From the sequence record NZ_CP110904.1: a DNA stretch of 64,000 nucleotides; one strand, 5' to 3'. The DNA is from a plasmid. The position numbers and the translations under genes were made by a program. Positions 1 to 12,286 of this stretch are shown piece after piece; positions within the stretch are counted from its first letter, which is position 1, and every line of letters begins with the position of its first letter. The notes beneath the pieces were generated by a model. That model saw nothing but the letters and a program-made list of their open reading frames with translations. It was not told the origin of the DNA and did not search any database.

Positions 1-1
1 T

Positions 2-23
2 GGGGGCACCTCAGAAAACGGAA
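2..23 (+). repeat. Left part (22 bp) of Tn21-type 38-bp terminal IR (IRmer), interrupted by an insertion sequence
   Basis: GGGGGCACCTCAGAAAACGGAA matches the outer end of the Tn21 IR; the remainder AATAAAGCACGCTAAG resumes at 1351..1366. Confidence 0.85.
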
Positions 24-1350
24 TCTATGGTCACTCCCGTTTTTGCAACACCGATTTTGACGACAAGTTGGCTTGCTTGAATCTATCCGGCGTCTGAATG
101 GGATTTTATTCCCGCGCCTCGATGAGTTCCGCGCCTGATGAACCTCCAGAAAATATACGGCTTCAATGAGCCTTTCCGTTTTACAGGTTCCTCAACAGGC
201 CGGTGGGCCGTTAGTATCATCAATATCAGTATTCGCAAAACCAGATGAATGATTGTTTAAACTGGTGTATTTCTGCCTTTATGCTTCGTAAGTTTGCTGT
301 CGCGCCGTCAGTGCCCAGGCTATTCTGGCCAGCTTGTTTGCCAGAGCACAGGTGACGACAAAGTTGCTTTTCCGACACAACAACTCCCTGACCCAGTCGG
401 CCAACTTGCCAGACTGGTGTTCCAGTTTTTGTATGAATACCCTGGCACACTGAACCAACAAAGTTCGGATCTTTTTGTTGCCCCGCTTGCTAATCCCTAA
501 CAATGTCGTCCGACCTCCCGTGCTGTACTGTCGGGGTACCAGCCCTGTTGCCGCCGCAAAGTCACGGCTGCTGGCGTACTGCTTCCCGTCGCCAATCTCA
601 GTTGAAATAGTACTGGCAGTCAGCGTTCCAACGCAGGGAATACTCAGCAAGCGCTGTCCAACCTCATCTTCGTCCAACTTTCGTTTCAACTGAGATTCCA
701 GATCTTTAATCTGCTCAACAAGATAGTGATAATGCTGTTGTAATTTCAGCAGTAACTGGCTGAGATAAAGAGGCAAACTACTGTCCTCAAGAAGGGTACT
801 CAGTCGACTAATAACGGCAGCACCTCGCGGAACGCTGATACCAAATTCCAGCAGAAAAGCATGCATCTGATTAGTTGTTTTCACCTTATCCTGAACCAGG
901 GATTCACGGACACGATGCAGAGCTCGCATTGCCTGCTGAGATTCGGTTCTGGGCTGCACGAAACGCATAGATGGACGTGATGCTGCTTCACAGATAGCTT
1001 CAGCATCAACGAAGTCATTTTTGTTGCTTTTAACGAATGGGCGGACAAATTGCGGTGATATCAGCTTTGGAAAATGCCCTAACTCTGCCAGCTTGCGTGC
1101 CATAAAGTGAGAACCGCCACAGGCTTCCATCGCGATGGTTGTTGCCGGGCATGTCGCCAGAAATTCGATTAGCTTTGGTCGGGTGAATTTTTTACGGTAA
1201 ACGGCCTTCCCACGATGATCCTGACAATGAATATGGAAAGAGTTCTTACCCAGATCGATACCAATAAGCGCAATGTTTTCCATGATGGTTCTCCGAATGA
1301 AAGCCTGTCCTCAGCATAGTACTGGGAAGGAGGGAGTGACCATCTCATTA
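24..1350 (-). mobile_element. IS4321/IS5075-like insertion sequence (IS110 family, IS1111 group), 1327 bp, inserted at the characteristic site inside the Tn21-family IR
   Basis: Exactly 1327 bp separate the two halves of the 38-bp IR; encodes a 334-aa IS110-family transposase. Confidence 0.85.
279..1283 (-). CDS. tnpA: IS4321/IS5075 transposase (IS110 family)
   Basis: 334 aa, MENIALIGIDLGKNSFHIHCQ..., typical IS110-family DEDD transposase. Confidence 0.9.
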   Translation of the reverse strand: MENIALIGIDLGKNSFHIHCQDHRGKAVYRKKFTRPKLIEFLATCPATTIAMEACGGSHFMARKLAELGHFPKLISPQFVRPFVKSNKNDFVDAEAICEAASRPSMRFVQPRTESQQAMRALHRVRESLVQDKVKTTNQMHAFLLEFGISVPRGAAVISRLSTLLEDSSLPLYLSQLLLKLQQHYHYLVEQIKDLESQLKRKLDEDEVGQRLLSIPCVGTLTASTISTEIGDGKQYASSRDFAAATGLVPRQYSTGGRTTLLGISKRGNKKIRTLLVQCARVFIQKLEHQSGKLADWVRELLCRKSNFVVTCALANKLARIAWALTARQQTYEA

Positions 1351-1366
1351 AATAAAGCACGCTAAG
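1351..1366 (+). repeat. Inner 16 bp of the interrupted Tn21 IRmer
   Basis: AATAAAGCACGCTAAG directly follows the IS end. Confidence 0.8.
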
Positions 1367-1796
1367 GCATAGCTGACCTTGCCAGGCCTGCTTCGCCCTG
1401 TAGTGACGCGATCAACGGGCAGGAAACATTCCCCTTTCGTGCATGGCAGGCGCACACGAGTTCAGACAGCACGGTTTCCATGCGCGCCAAGTCGGCCATC
1501 TTCTCGCGCACGTCCTTGAGCTTGTGTTCGGCCAGGCTGCTGGCCTCCTCGCAGTGGGTGCCATCGTCGAGCCGCAACAGCTCGGCAATCTCGTCCAGAC
1601 TGAACCCCAGCCGCTGTGCCGATTTCACGAATTTCACCCGAACCACGTCCGCCTCCCCATAGCGGCGGATGCTGCCGTAAGGCTTGTCCGGTTCCCGCAA
1701 CAGGCCCTTGCGCTGATAGAAGCGGATTGTCTCCACGTTGACCCCGGCCGCCTTGGCAAAAACGCCAATGGTCAGGTTTTCCAAATTATTTTCCAT
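1362..1796 (-). CDS. merR: MerR mercury-responsive transcriptional regulator
   Basis: 144 aa [33 protein letters not shown]... with C-terminal Cys residues; divergent from merT. Confidence 0.95.
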
Positions 1797-1801
1797 ATCG
1801 C

Positions 1802-1832
1802 TTGACTCCGTACATGAGTACGGAAGTAAGGT
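1802..1832 (+). promoter_or_regulatory. mer operator/promoter (PmerT with MerR dyad)
   Basis: TTGACT -35, dyad TCCGTACATGAGTACGGA, TAAGGT -10 with a long 19-bp spacer between merR and merT. Confidence 0.8.
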
Positions 1833-1867
1833 TACGCTATCCAATCCAAATTCAAAAGGGCCAACGT

Positions 1868-2218
1868 ATGTCTGAACCACAAAACGGGCGCGGTGCGCTC
1901 TTCGCCGGCGGGCTGGCCGCCATTCTTGCATCGACCTGCTGCCTGGGGCCGCTAGTACTGGTCGCCCTGGGCTTCTCCGGTGCTTGGATCGGCAACCTGA
2001 CGGTGCTGGAACCCTATCGACCGTTGTTCATCGGCGCGGCGCTAGTGGCGCTGTTCTTCGCCTGGAAGCGGATTTACCGGCCCGTGCAGGCATGCAAGCC
2101 AGGTGAGGTCTGCGCGATTCCGCAGGTGCGCGCCACCTACAAGCTGATTTTCTGGATCGTGGCCGTGCTGGTCCTGGTCGCGCTTGGATTTCCCTATGTC
2201 GTTCCATTTTTCTATTAA
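1868..2218 (+). CDS. merT: MerT mercuric ion transport protein
   Basis: 116 aa [28 protein letters not shown]... Confidence 0.95.
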
Positions 2219-2231
2219 CCAGGAGTTCATC

Positions 2232-2507
2232 ATGAAGAAACTGTTTGCCTCCCTTGCCCTCGCCGCCGCTGTTGCCCCGGTGTGGGCCGCTACCCAGACC
2301 GTCACGCTAGCGGTTCCCGGCATGACTTGCGCCGCCTGCCCGATCACAGTCAAGAAAGCGCTCTCCAAGGTCGAAGGCGTGAGCAAGGTCGATGTGGGCT
2401 TCGAGAAGCGCGAGGCCGTCGTCACTTTTGACGACACCAAGGCCAGCGTACAGAAGCTGACCAAGGCCACCGCAGACGCCGGCTATCCGTCCAGCGTCAA
2501 GCAGTGA
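2232..2507 (+). CDS. merP: MerP periplasmic mercury-binding protein
   Basis: 91 aa with signal peptide and GMTCAAC metal-binding motif. Confidence 0.95.
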   Translation: MKKLFASLALAAAVAPVWAATQTVTLAVPGMTCAACPITVKKALSKVEGVSKVDVGFEKREAVVTFDDTKASVQKLTKATADAGYPSSVKQ

Positions 2508-2542
2508 GCCAGCAAGCCAACGACAACAGCGAGAGCCGCTTC

Positions 2543-2965
2543 ATGGGACTGATGACACGCATTGCCGATAAAACCGGCGCGCTCGGCAGCGTCGTTTCCG
2601 CGATGGGCTGCGCCGCCTGCTTTCCAGCCCTCGCCAGCTTCGGCGCGGCCATCGGGCTGGGCTTCTTGAGCCAGTACGAGGGACTGTTCATCAGCCGCCT
2701 GCTGCCGCTGTTTGCCGCGCTGGCCTTCCTGGCGAACGCGCTGGGTTGGTTCAGTCATCGGCAATGGCTGCGCAGTCTGCTCGGCATGATCGGCCCGGCC
2801 ATCGTGTTTGCGGCCACGGTCTGGCTGCTCGGCAACTGGTGGACGGCGAACCTGATGTACGTCGGCCTGGCCTTGATGATTGGGGTGTCGATCTGGGACT
2901 TCGTGTCGCCGGCGCATCGCCGTTGCGGACCGGACGGCTGCGAACTCCCCGCCAAGCGCTTGTGA
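2543..2965 (+). CDS. merC: MerC mercury transporter
   Basis: 140 aa MGLMTRIADKTGALGSVVSAMGCAAC...; the listed ORF has an N-terminal extension. Confidence 0.9.
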   Translation: MGLMTRIADKTGALGSVVSAMGCAACFPALASFGAAIGLGFLSQYEGLFISRLLPLFAALAFLANALGWFSHRQWLRSLLGMIGPAIVFAATVWLLGNWWTANLMYVGLALMIGVSIWDFVSPAHRRCGPDGCELPAKRL

Positions 2966-4711
<1,746 letters not shown>

Positions 4712-4728
4712 GGACAAGGAGGTGTGCG

Positions 4729-5091
4729 ATGAGCGCCTACACGGTATCGCAACTGGCCCATAACGCTGGGGTGAGCGTACATATCGTGCGCGACTACCTG
4801 GTGCGCGGCTTGTTACGGCCGGTGGCCTGCACCACGGGCGGCTACGGCGTGTTCGACGATGCGGCCTTGCAACGGCTGTGCTTCGTGCGCGCGGCCTTCG
4901 AGGCGGGTATCGGCCTGGATGCCCTGGCGCGGCTGTGCCGTGCGCTCGACGCAGCGGACGGCGCACAAGCCGCAGCGCAGCTTGCCGTGCTGCGCCAGTT
5001 GGTCGAGCGGCGGCGCGCGGCGTTGGCCCATCTGGACGCGCAACTGGCCTCCATGCCAGCCGAGCGGGCGCACGAGGAGGCATTGCCGTGA
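4729..5091 (+). CDS. merD: MerD co-regulator
   Basis: 121 aa [24 protein letters not shown]... MerR-like HTH. Confidence 0.9.
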   Translation: MSAYTVSQLAHNAGVSVHIVRDYLVRGLLRPVACTTGGYGVFDDAALQRLCFVRAAFEAGIGLDALARLCRALDAADGAQAAAQLAVLRQLVERRRAALAHLDAQLASMPAERAHEEALP

Positions 5092-5324
5092 ACGCCCCTG
5101 ACAAACTGCCGCCCGAGACGCGCCAACCCGTTTCCGGCTACCTGTGGGGTGCGCTGGCCGTGTTGACCTGCCCCTGCCATCTGCCGATTCTCGCCGCCGT
5201 GCTGGCCGGGACGACCGCCGGTGCCTTCCTTGGCGAGCATTGGGGTGTTGCCGCGCTCGCGCTGACCGGCTTGTTCGTTCTGGCCGTAACGCGGCTGCTG
5301 CGCGCCTTCCGGGGCGGATCATGA
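5088..5324 (+). CDS. merE: MerE small mercury transport protein (GTG start)
   Basis: 78 aa [35 protein letters not shown]...; start overlaps the merD stop. Confidence 0.85.
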   Translation: MNAPDKLPPETRQPVSGYLWGALAVLTCPCHLPILAAVLAGTTAGAFLGEHWGVAALALTGLFVLAVTRLLRAFRGGS

Positions 5325-5961
5325 CGAGTTCGCAGCCCGCCGGATGGACGGCGGCCGAGTTGGCGCAGGCGGCGGCGCGCGGACAGCTTGACCTGCATTA
5401 CCAGCCGCTGGTCGATCTGCGCGATCACCGGATCGCTGGCGCGGAAGCGTTGATGCGCTGGCGGCATCCGAGGCTTGGCCTGTTGCCGCCCGGCCAGTTC
5501 CTGCCGCTGGCCGAGTCGTTCGGCCTGATGCCGGAAATAGGCGCGTGGGTGCTGGGCGAGGCCTGTCGCCAGATGCACAAGTGGCAAGGACCGGCATGGC
5601 AACCGTTCCGTCTTGCCATCAATGTGTCCGCCAGCCAGGTTGGGCCAACGTTCGACGACGAGGTAAAGCGGGTGCTGGCCGATATGGCCCTGCCCGCCGA
5701 GCTTCTGGAGATCGAACTGACCGAATCGGTCGCATTCGGCAATCCAGCCCTGTTCGCCAGTTTCGACGCCTTGCGCGCCATCGGCGTGCGCTTCGCCGCC
5801 GACGACTTCGGCACCGGCTATTCCTGCCTGCAACATCTGAAATGCTGCCCCATCACCACATTGAAAATCGACCAATCCTTTGTCGCCAGGCTCCCGGATG
5901 ATGCCCGTGACCAAACTATCGTGCGGGCGGTGATCCAGCTCGCGCACGGGCTGGGCATGGA
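5321..5961 (+). pseudogene. urf2: urf2 (EAL-domain protein) truncated at its 3' end by the integron IRt insertion
   Basis: EAL phosphodiesterase-like sequence (QPLVDLRD..EALMRW..); the native frame is interrupted at IRt (5962) and the listed ORF continues into integron sequence. Confidence 0.8.
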
Positions 5962-6084
5962 TGTCATTTTCAGAAGACGACTGCACCAGTTGATTGGGCG
6001 TAATGGCTGTTGTGCAGCCAGCTCCTGACAGTTCAATATCAGAAGTGATCTGCACCAATCTCGACTATGCTCAATACTCGTGTG
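5962..6084 (+). repeat. IRt (25 bp, TGTCATTTTCAGAAGACGACTGCAC) and the adjacent 123-bp class 1 integron tni-end; an inverted copy lies at 12287..12409
   Basis: 25-bp class 1 integron/Tn402 IRt; 123 bp are repeated as a reverse complement right of IS6100. Confidence 0.9.
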
Positions 6085-6102
6085 CACCAAAGCGAGGTGA
6101 GC

Positions 6103-7354
6103 ATGGCGACGGACACCCCACGGATTCCAGAACAAGGCGTGGCCACTCTGCCTGATGAGGCTTGGGAGCGTGCGCGCCGTCGTGCGGAGATCATCAGTCC
6201 GTTGGCGCAGTCGGAGACGGTCGGGCACGAAGCGGCCGATATGGCGGCTCAGGCGCTGGGCTTGTCTCGGCGCCAGGTATACGTTCTGATCCGGCGTGCC
6301 CGGCAAGGCAGCGGCCTCGTGACGGATCTGGTGCCCGGCCAGTCCGGTGGAGGTAAAGGTAAGGGGCGCTTGCCGGAACCGGTCGAGCGCGTCATCCACG
6401 AGCTACTGCAAAAGCGGTTCCTGACCAAGCAGAAGCGCAGCCTAGCGGCCTTTCACCGCGAAGTCACTCAGGTGTGCAAGGCTCAAAAACTGCGAGTGCC
6501 GGCGCGCAATACCGTGGCCTTACGGATCGCTAGCCTTGACCCGCGCAAGGTCATCCGCCGGCGGGAAGGCCAGGATGCCGCTCGTGACCTACAAGGTGTG
6601 GGCGGCGAGCCTCCTGCCGTGACCGCGCCGCTGGAGCAGGTGCAGATAGACCATACGGTCATCGACCTGATCGTGGTCGATGACCGCGACCGGCAACCTA
6701 TTGGCCGCCCGTACCTGACCCTCGCCATCGACGTGTTCACCCGCTGCGTGCTCGGCATGGTCGTCACGCTGGAAGCGCCGTCTGCCGTTTCGGTTGGCCT
6801 GTGCCTCGTGCATGTCGCCTGCGACAAGCGCCCTTGGCTGGAAGGACTGAACGTGGAAATGGATTGGCAGATGAGCGGCAAGCCCTTGCTGCTCTACCTA
6901 GACAACGCGGCCGAGTTCAAGAGCGAGGCCCTGCGCCGGGGTTGCGAGCAGCATGGCATCCGGCTGGACTATCGCCCGCTGGGACAGCCGCACTATGGCG
7001 GCATCGTGGAACGGATCATCGGCACGGCGATGCAGATGATTCACGACGAACTGCCGGGAACGACCTTCTCCAACCCTGACCAGCGCGGCGACTACGATTC
7101 CGAAAACAAGGCCGCCCTGACGCTGCGCGAGCTAGAGCGCTGGCTCACATTGGCGGTCGGCACCTACCACGGTTCGGTGCACAACGGCCTGCTCCAACCG
7201 CCGGCCGCGCGCTGGGCCGAGGCCGTGGCGCGTGTCGGCGTACCGGCCGTCGTCACACGCGCTACTTCGTTCCTGGTCGATTTTCTGCCGATCCTCCGGC
7301 GCACGCTGACCCGCACCGGCTTTGTCATCGACCACATCCACTACTACGCCGATG
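6103..7354 (+). pseudogene. tniA: tniA (Tn402-family transposase) truncated at its 3' end by IS26
   Basis: MATDTPRIPEQGVATLPDEAWERARRR... matches TniA of Tn402/Tn5053 (full length about 559 aa); the frame runs into the IS26 IR at 7355. Confidence 0.85.
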
Positions 7355-8174
7355 GGCACTGTTGCAAATAGTCGGTGGTGATAAACTTATCATCCCCTTT
7401 TGCTGATGGAGCTGCACATGAACCCATTCAAAGGCCGGCATTTTCAGCGTGACATCATTCTGTGGGCCGTACGCTGGTACTGCAAATACGGCATCAGTTA
7501 CCGTGAGCTGCAGGAGATGCTGGCTGAACGCGGAGTGAATGTCGATCACTCCACGATTTACCGCTGGGTTCAGCGTTATGCGCCTGAAATGGAAAAACGG
7601 CTGCGCTGGTACTGGCGTAACCCTTCCGATCTTTGCCCGTGGCACATGGATGAAACCTACGTGAAGGTCAATGGCCGCTGGGCGTATCTGTACCGGGCCG
7701 TCGACAGCCGGGGCCGCACTGTCGATTTTTATCTCTCCTCCCGTCGTAACAGCAAAGCTGCATACCGGTTTCTGGGTAAAATCCTCAACAACGTGAAGAA
7801 GTGGCAGATCCCGCGATTCATCAACACGGATAAAGCGCCCGCCTATGGTCGCGCGCTTGCTCTGCTCAAACGCGAAGGCCGGTGCCCGTCTGACGTTGAA
7901 CACCGACAGATTAAGTACCGGAACAACGTGATTGAATGCGATCATGGCAAACTGAAACGGATAATCGGCGCCACGCTGGGATTTAAATCCATGAAGACGG
8001 CTTACGCCACCATCAAAGGTATTGAGGTGATGCGTGCACTACGCAAAGGCCAGGCCTCAGCATTTTATTATGGTGATCCCCTGGGCGAAATGCGCCTGGT
8101 AAGCAGAGTTTTTGAAATGTAAGGCCTTTGAATAAGACAAAAGGCTGCCTCATCGCTAACTTTGCAACAGTGCC
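7355..8174 (+). mobile_element. IS26 (IS6 family), 820 bp
   Basis: GGCACTGTTGCAAA 14-bp IRs at both ends; no 8-bp target duplication (CGCCGATG vs GGATTGAA). Confidence 0.95.
7418..8122 (+). CDS. tnp26: IS26 transposase Tnp26
   Basis: 234 aa MNPFKGRHFQRDIILWAVRWYCKYGISYRELQEML... Confidence 0.95.
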   Translation: MNPFKGRHFQRDIILWAVRWYCKYGISYRELQEMLAERGVNVDHSTIYRWVQRYAPEMEKRLRWYWRNPSDLCPWHMDETYVKVNGRWAYLYRAVDSRGRTVDFYLSSRRNSKAAYRFLGKILNNVKKWQIPRFINTDKAPAYGRALALLKREGRCPSDVEHRQIKYRNNVIECDHGKLKRIIGATLGFKSMKTAYATIKGIEVMRALRKGQASAFYYGDPLGEMRLVSRVFEM

Positions 8175-8243
8175 GGATTGAATATAACCGACGTGACTGT
8201 TACATTTAGGTGGCTAAACCCGTCAAGCCCTCAGGAGTGAATC

Positions 8244-9149
8244 ATGACCGTAGTCACGACCGCCGATACCTCCCAACTGTACGCACTTGCAGCCCGACAT
8301 GGGCTCAAGCTCCATGGCCCGCTGACTGTCAATGAGCTTGGGCTCGACTATAGGATCGTGATCGCCACCGTCGACGATGGACGTCGGTGGGTGCTGCGCA
8401 TCCCGCGCCGAGCCGAGGTAAGCGCGAAGGTCGAACCAGAGGCGCGGGTGCTGGCAATGCTCAAGAATCGCCTGCCGTTCGCGGTGCCGGACTGGCGCGT
8501 GGCCAACGCCGAGCTCGTTGCCTATCCCATGCTCGAAGACTCGACTGCGATGGTCATCCAGCCTGGTTCGTCCACGCCCGACTGGGTCGTGCCGCAGGAC
8601 TCGGAGGTCTTCGCGGAGAGCTTCGCGACCGCGCTCGCCGCCCTGCATGCCGTCCCCATTTCCGCCGCCGTGGATGCGGGGATGCTCATCCGTACACCGA
8701 CGCAGGCCCGTCAGAAGGTGGCCGACGACGTTGACCGCGTCCGACGCGAGTTCGTGGTGAACGACAAGCGCCTCCACCGGTGGCAGCGCTGGCTCGACGA
8801 CGATTCGTCGTGGCCAGATTTCTCCGTGGTGGTGCATGGCGATCTCTACGTGGGCCATGTGCTCATCGACAACACGGAGCGCGTCAGCGGGATGATCGAC
8901 TGGAGCGAGGCCCGCGTTGATGACCCTGCCATCGACATGGCCGCGCACCTTATGGTCTTTGGTGAAGAGGGGCTCGCGAAGCTCCTCCTCACGTATGAAG
9001 CGGCCGGTGGCCGGGTGTGGCCGCGGCTCGCCCACCACATCGCGGAGCGCCTTGCGTTCGGGGCGGTCACCTACGCACTCTTCGCCCTCGACTCGGGTAA
9101 CGAAGAGTACCTCGCTGCGGCGAAGGCGCAGCTCGCCGCAGCGGAATGA
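8244..9149 (+). CDS. mph(A): Mph(A) macrolide 2'-phosphotransferase
   Basis: 301 aa MTVVTTADTSQLYALAARHGLKLHGPLTV... Confidence 0.95.
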   Translation: MTVVTTADTSQLYALAARHGLKLHGPLTVNELGLDYRIVIATVDDGRRWVLRIPRRAEVSAKVEPEARVLAMLKNRLPFAVPDWRVANAELVAYPMLEDSTAMVIQPGSSTPDWVVPQDSEVFAESFATALAALHAVPISAAVDAGMLIRTPTQARQKVADDVDRVRREFVVNDKRLHRWQRWLDDDSSWPDFSVVVHGDLYVGHVLIDNTERVSGMIDWSEARVDDPAIDMAAHLMVFGEEGLAKLLLTYEAAGGRVWPRLAHHIAERLAFGAVTYALFALDSGNEEYLAAAKAQLAAAE

Positions 9150-10384
9150 GCGAACGTCGATATAGCCCGCTCGCGACGCTGTTCGCGGCGACCTTTCTCT
9201 TCCGGATCGGCAACGCGGTGGCGGCCCTCGCGCTTCCATGGTTCGTCCTGTCTCATACAAAGAGCGCGGCCTGGGCGGGCGCCACGGCCGCTAGCAGCGT
9301 CATCGCGACCATCATCGGCGCGTGGGTTGGTGGTGGCCTCGTCGATCGGTTCGGGCGCGCGCCCGTCGCATTGATCTCGGGTGTGGTGGGCGGCGTGGCC
9401 ATGGCGAGCATCCCACTGCTCGATGCCGTTGGCGCCCTCTCGAACACTGGGCTGATCGCTTGCGTGGTGCTCGGTGCCGCGTTCGACGCACCCGGTATGG
9501 CCGCGCAGGACAGTGAGCTGCCCAAACTCGGCCACGTCGCCGGGCTCTCCGTTGAGCGCGTCTCGTCACTGAAAGCGGTGATCGGGAACGTCGCGATTCT
9601 AGGTGGCCCGGCCCTTGGGGGGGCCGCAATCGGCCTGCTTGGCGCTGCGCCAACGCTCGGGCTGACGGCGTTCTGCTCCGTCCTTGCAGGTCTGCTCGGC
9701 GCGTGGGTGCTTCCCGCGCGTGCCGCTCGGACGATGACCACGACGGCGACTCTCTCCATGCGCGCCGGCGTCGCTTTTCTCTGGAGCGAACCCCTGCTGC
9801 GCCCTCTCTTTGGTATAGTGATGATCTTCGTGGGCATCGTTGGCGCCAACGGCAGCGTCATCATGCCTGCGCTGTTTGTAGATGCAGGACGCCAAGTAGC
9901 AGAGCTCGGGCTGTTCTCCTCAATGATGGGGGCTGGTGGTCTCCTTGGCATTGCCATTCATGCGTCGGTCGGCGCCCGGATATCAGCGCAGAACTGGCTG
10001 GCGGTGGCATTTTGTGGCTCTGCGGTGGGCTCGCTTCTGCTTTCACAGTTGCCAGGCGTGCCGGTGCTGATGTTGTTGGGCGCGCTCGTGGGACTGCTGA
10101 CCGGCTCAGTCTCTCCCATTCTCAACGCTGCCATCTACAACCGCACGCCGCCAGAACTTCTCGGCCGGGTACTCGGCACGGTCTCGGCGGTGATGCTGTC
10201 AGCCTCGCCCATGGTTATGCTTGCGGCCGGCGCGTTTGTCGACCTTGCTGGTCCGCTCCCTGGCCTCGTTGTATCGGCCGTGTTTGCGGGGCTCGTGGCT
10301 CTACTCTCGCTCCGTCTTCAATTTGCTACAATGGCGGCGGCAGCCACAGCCTCCGCCCCAACCCATACAGAAGGTGAACACTGA
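9146..10384 (+). CDS. mrx: Mrx (MFS-type membrane protein of the mph(A) operon)
   Basis: 412 aa polytopic membrane protein, translationally coupled to mph(A). Confidence 0.9.
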   Translation: MSERRYSPLATLFAATFLFRIGNAVAALALPWFVLSHTKSAAWAGATAASSVIATIIGAWVGGGLVDRFGRAPVALISGVVGGVAMASIPLLDAVGALSNTGLIACVVLGAAFDAPGMAAQDSELPKLGHVAGLSVERVSSLKAVIGNVAILGGPALGGAAIGLLGAAPTLGLTAFCSVLAGLLGAWVLPARAARTMTTTATLSMRAGVAFLWSEPLLRPLFGIVMIFVGIVGANGSVIMPALFVDAGRQVAELGLFSSMMGAGGLLGIAIHASVGARISAQNWLAVAFCGSAVGSLLLSQLPGVPVLMLLGALVGLLTGSVSPILNAAIYNRTPPELLGRVLGTVSAVMLSASPMVMLAAGAFVDLAGPLPGLVVSAVFAGLVALLSLRLQFATMAAAATASAPTHTEGEH

Positions 10385-10968
10385 TGCCCCGCCCCAAGCT
10401 CAAGTCCGATGACGAGGTACTCGAGGCCGCCACCGTAGTGCTGAAGCGTTGCGGTCCCATAGAGTTCACGCTCAGCGGAGTAGCAAAGGAGGTGGGGCTC
10501 TCCCGCGCAGCGTTAATCCAGCGCTTCACCAACCGCGATACGCTGCTGGTGAGGATGATGGAGCGCGGCGTCGAGCAGGTGCGGCATTACCTGAATGCGA
10601 TACCGATAGGCGCAGGGCCGCAAGGGCTCTGGGAATTTTTGCAGGTGCTCGTTCGGAGCATGAACACTCGCAACGACTTCTCGGTGAACTATCTCATCTC
10701 CTGGTACGAGCTCCAGGTGCCGGAGCTACGCACGCTTGCGATCCAGCGGAACCGCGCGGTGGTGGAGGGGATCCGCAAGCGACTGCCCCCAGGTGCTCCT
10801 GCGGCAGCTGAGTTGCTCCTGCACTCGGTCATCGCTGGCGCGACGATGCAGTGGGCCGTCGATCCGGATGGTGAGCTAGCTGATCATGTGCTGGCTCAGA
10901 TCGCTGCCATCCTGTGTTTAATGTTTCCCGAACACGACGATTTCCAACTCCTCCAGGCACATGCGTAA
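10384..10968 (+). CDS. mphR(A): MphR(A) TetR-family repressor
   Basis: 194 aa MPRPKLKSDDEVLEAATVVLKRCGPIEFTLSGVAKEVGLSRAALIQRF... Confidence 0.9.
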   Translation: MPRPKLKSDDEVLEAATVVLKRCGPIEFTLSGVAKEVGLSRAALIQRFTNRDTLLVRMMERGVEQVRHYLNAIPIGAGPQGLWEFLQVLVRSMNTRNDFSVNYLISWYELQVPELRTLAIQRNRAVVEGIRKRLPPGAPAAAELLLHSVIAGATMQWAVDPDGELADHVLAQIAAILCLMFPEHDDFQLLQAHA

Positions 10969-11406
10969 ACGGAGGTGTGCAGAGTCCCTGCGGCAGGCGA
11001 CGAACACGACCGTCGTCGATTAGTACCGGTACGGTCGGTGGTATCGAAGTCTTGATCACCACTCAGGTCTACGGCTTACAAATGGTGACCATCCCGATAC
11101 TTGCGTCAGAGCACCGGGCCGATTCTTTGACAGTGAATCACTCCCGTAAGGTTGTGCCGGTGTGGGTGTCCCGGGTCGAGACGATACTCCGCCAATGCGC
11201 CCAGCAAACAACCTGGCCATCGCAGGTGGTGGGGAGCGGTGTGGCGGATGAGTTGGACAAGTTGGTGTAGCAGCACGAGCACGGCGAGATAACATCGCAG
11301 GAGTTCGACATGCTCAAGAGACAGCTGATTGCGAATCGCGATGCAGATTCATAACCCGATTGCGGGTTGGCTTCACTCCACCATCACCGAGCAGACTAGC
11401 ACGGCG

Positions 11407-12286
11407 GGCTCTGTTGCAAAGATTGGCGGCAGTCAGAGGTAGGCTGTCGCTCTGCGCCGATCAGGCGGCTGCTGCGAAATGGTGGTTGAGCATGCCCATG
11501 GCCTCCGTCAGCGCCGAGGGCCCAATGCCAAAAGCTCTCTCCACAAGGCGCACCTCGCCCCTGATGCCGGGCTGCAGGCACCAGGGGCGAGCCTGTCCTT
11601 TGCGCAGGGCTCGCATGACTTCGAATCCCTTGATCGTGGCATAGGCCGTGGGGATCGATTTGAAACCGCGCACCGGCTTGATCAGTATCTTGAGCTTTCC
11701 GTGATCGGCCTCGATCACGTTATTGAGATACTTCACCTGCCGGTGGGCCGTCTCCCGGTCCAGCTTTCCTTCGCGCTTCAATTCGGTGATCGCTGCACCA
11801 TAGCTCGGCGCTTTGTCGGTATTGAGCGTGGCAGGCTTTTCCCAGTGCTTCAGGCCTCGCAGGGCCTTGCCCAGGAACCGCTTCGCTGCCTTGGCGCTGC
11901 GGGTCGGCGACAGGTAGAAATCGATCGTGTCGCCCCGCTTGTCGACTGCCCGGTACAGGTAGGTCCACTTGCCCCGCACCTTGACGTAGGTTTCATCCAG
12001 GCGCCAGCTCGGATCAAAGCCACGCCGCCAGAACCAGCGCAGCCGCTTCTCCATCTCCGGGGCGTAGCACTGGACCCAGCGATAGATCGTCGTATGGTCG
12101 ACCGAAATGCCGCGTTCCGCCAGCATTTCCTCAAGGTCGCGATAGCTGATCGGATAGCGACAATACCAGCGCACCGCCCACAGGATCACATCACCCTGGA
12201 AATGGCGCCACTTGAAATCCGTCATCGTTCCGTCCGTCCAATCTCCGCCAAGCATGCTCAAGCTTCACGATTTTTGCAACAGAGCC
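11407..12286 (-). mobile_element. IS6100 (IS6 family), 880 bp
   Basis: GGCTCTGTTGCAAA terminal IRs at 11407 and 12286; encodes a 254-aa transposase. Confidence 0.95.
11461..12225 (-). CDS. tnp6100: IS6100 transposase
   Basis: MTDFKWRHFQGDVILWAVRWYCRYPISYRDLEEMLAERGISVDHTTIYRWVQ... Confidence 0.95.
   Translation of the reverse strand: MTDFKWRHFQGDVILWAVRWYCRYPISYRDLEEMLAERGISVDHTTIYRWVQCYAPEMEKRLRWFWRRGFDPSWRLDETYVKVRGKWTYLYRAVDKRGDTIDFYLSPTRSAKAAKRFLGKALRGLKHWEKPATLNTDKAPSYGAAITELKREGKLDRETAHRQVKYLNNVIEADHGKLKILIKPVRGFKSIPTAYATIKGFEVMRALRKGQARPWCLQPGIRGEVRLVERAFGIGPSALTEAMGMLNHHFAAAA

Noticed and set aside
4878-5324. 148-aa version of merE with a long N-terminal extension
   Set aside because: The extension overlaps merD in another frame. 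The conserved MerE begins at the GTG at 5088.
5138-6058. 306-aa minus-strand ORF spanning urf2 and IRt
   Set aside because: It is antisense to urf2 and crosses the integron boundary, so it is a high-GC artefact.
6067-7371. tniA ORF as listed, with 12 extra N-terminal codons and a C-terminus running into IS26
   Set aside because: The start was reset to the conserved MATDTPRIPE, and the 3' end is IS26 IR sequence, so the gene is truncated.
8223-9260. 345-aa minus-strand ORF antisense to mph(A) and mrx, plus the 234-aa ORF antisense to mrx
   Set aside because: High-GC antisense artefacts. The plus-strand genes match well-known resistance proteins.
10914-11406. 118-aa and 79-aa ORFs in the spacer between mphR(A) and IS6100
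   Set aside because: This is the usual non-coding or fragmentary spacer of the mph(A) module, with no RBS or motif support.
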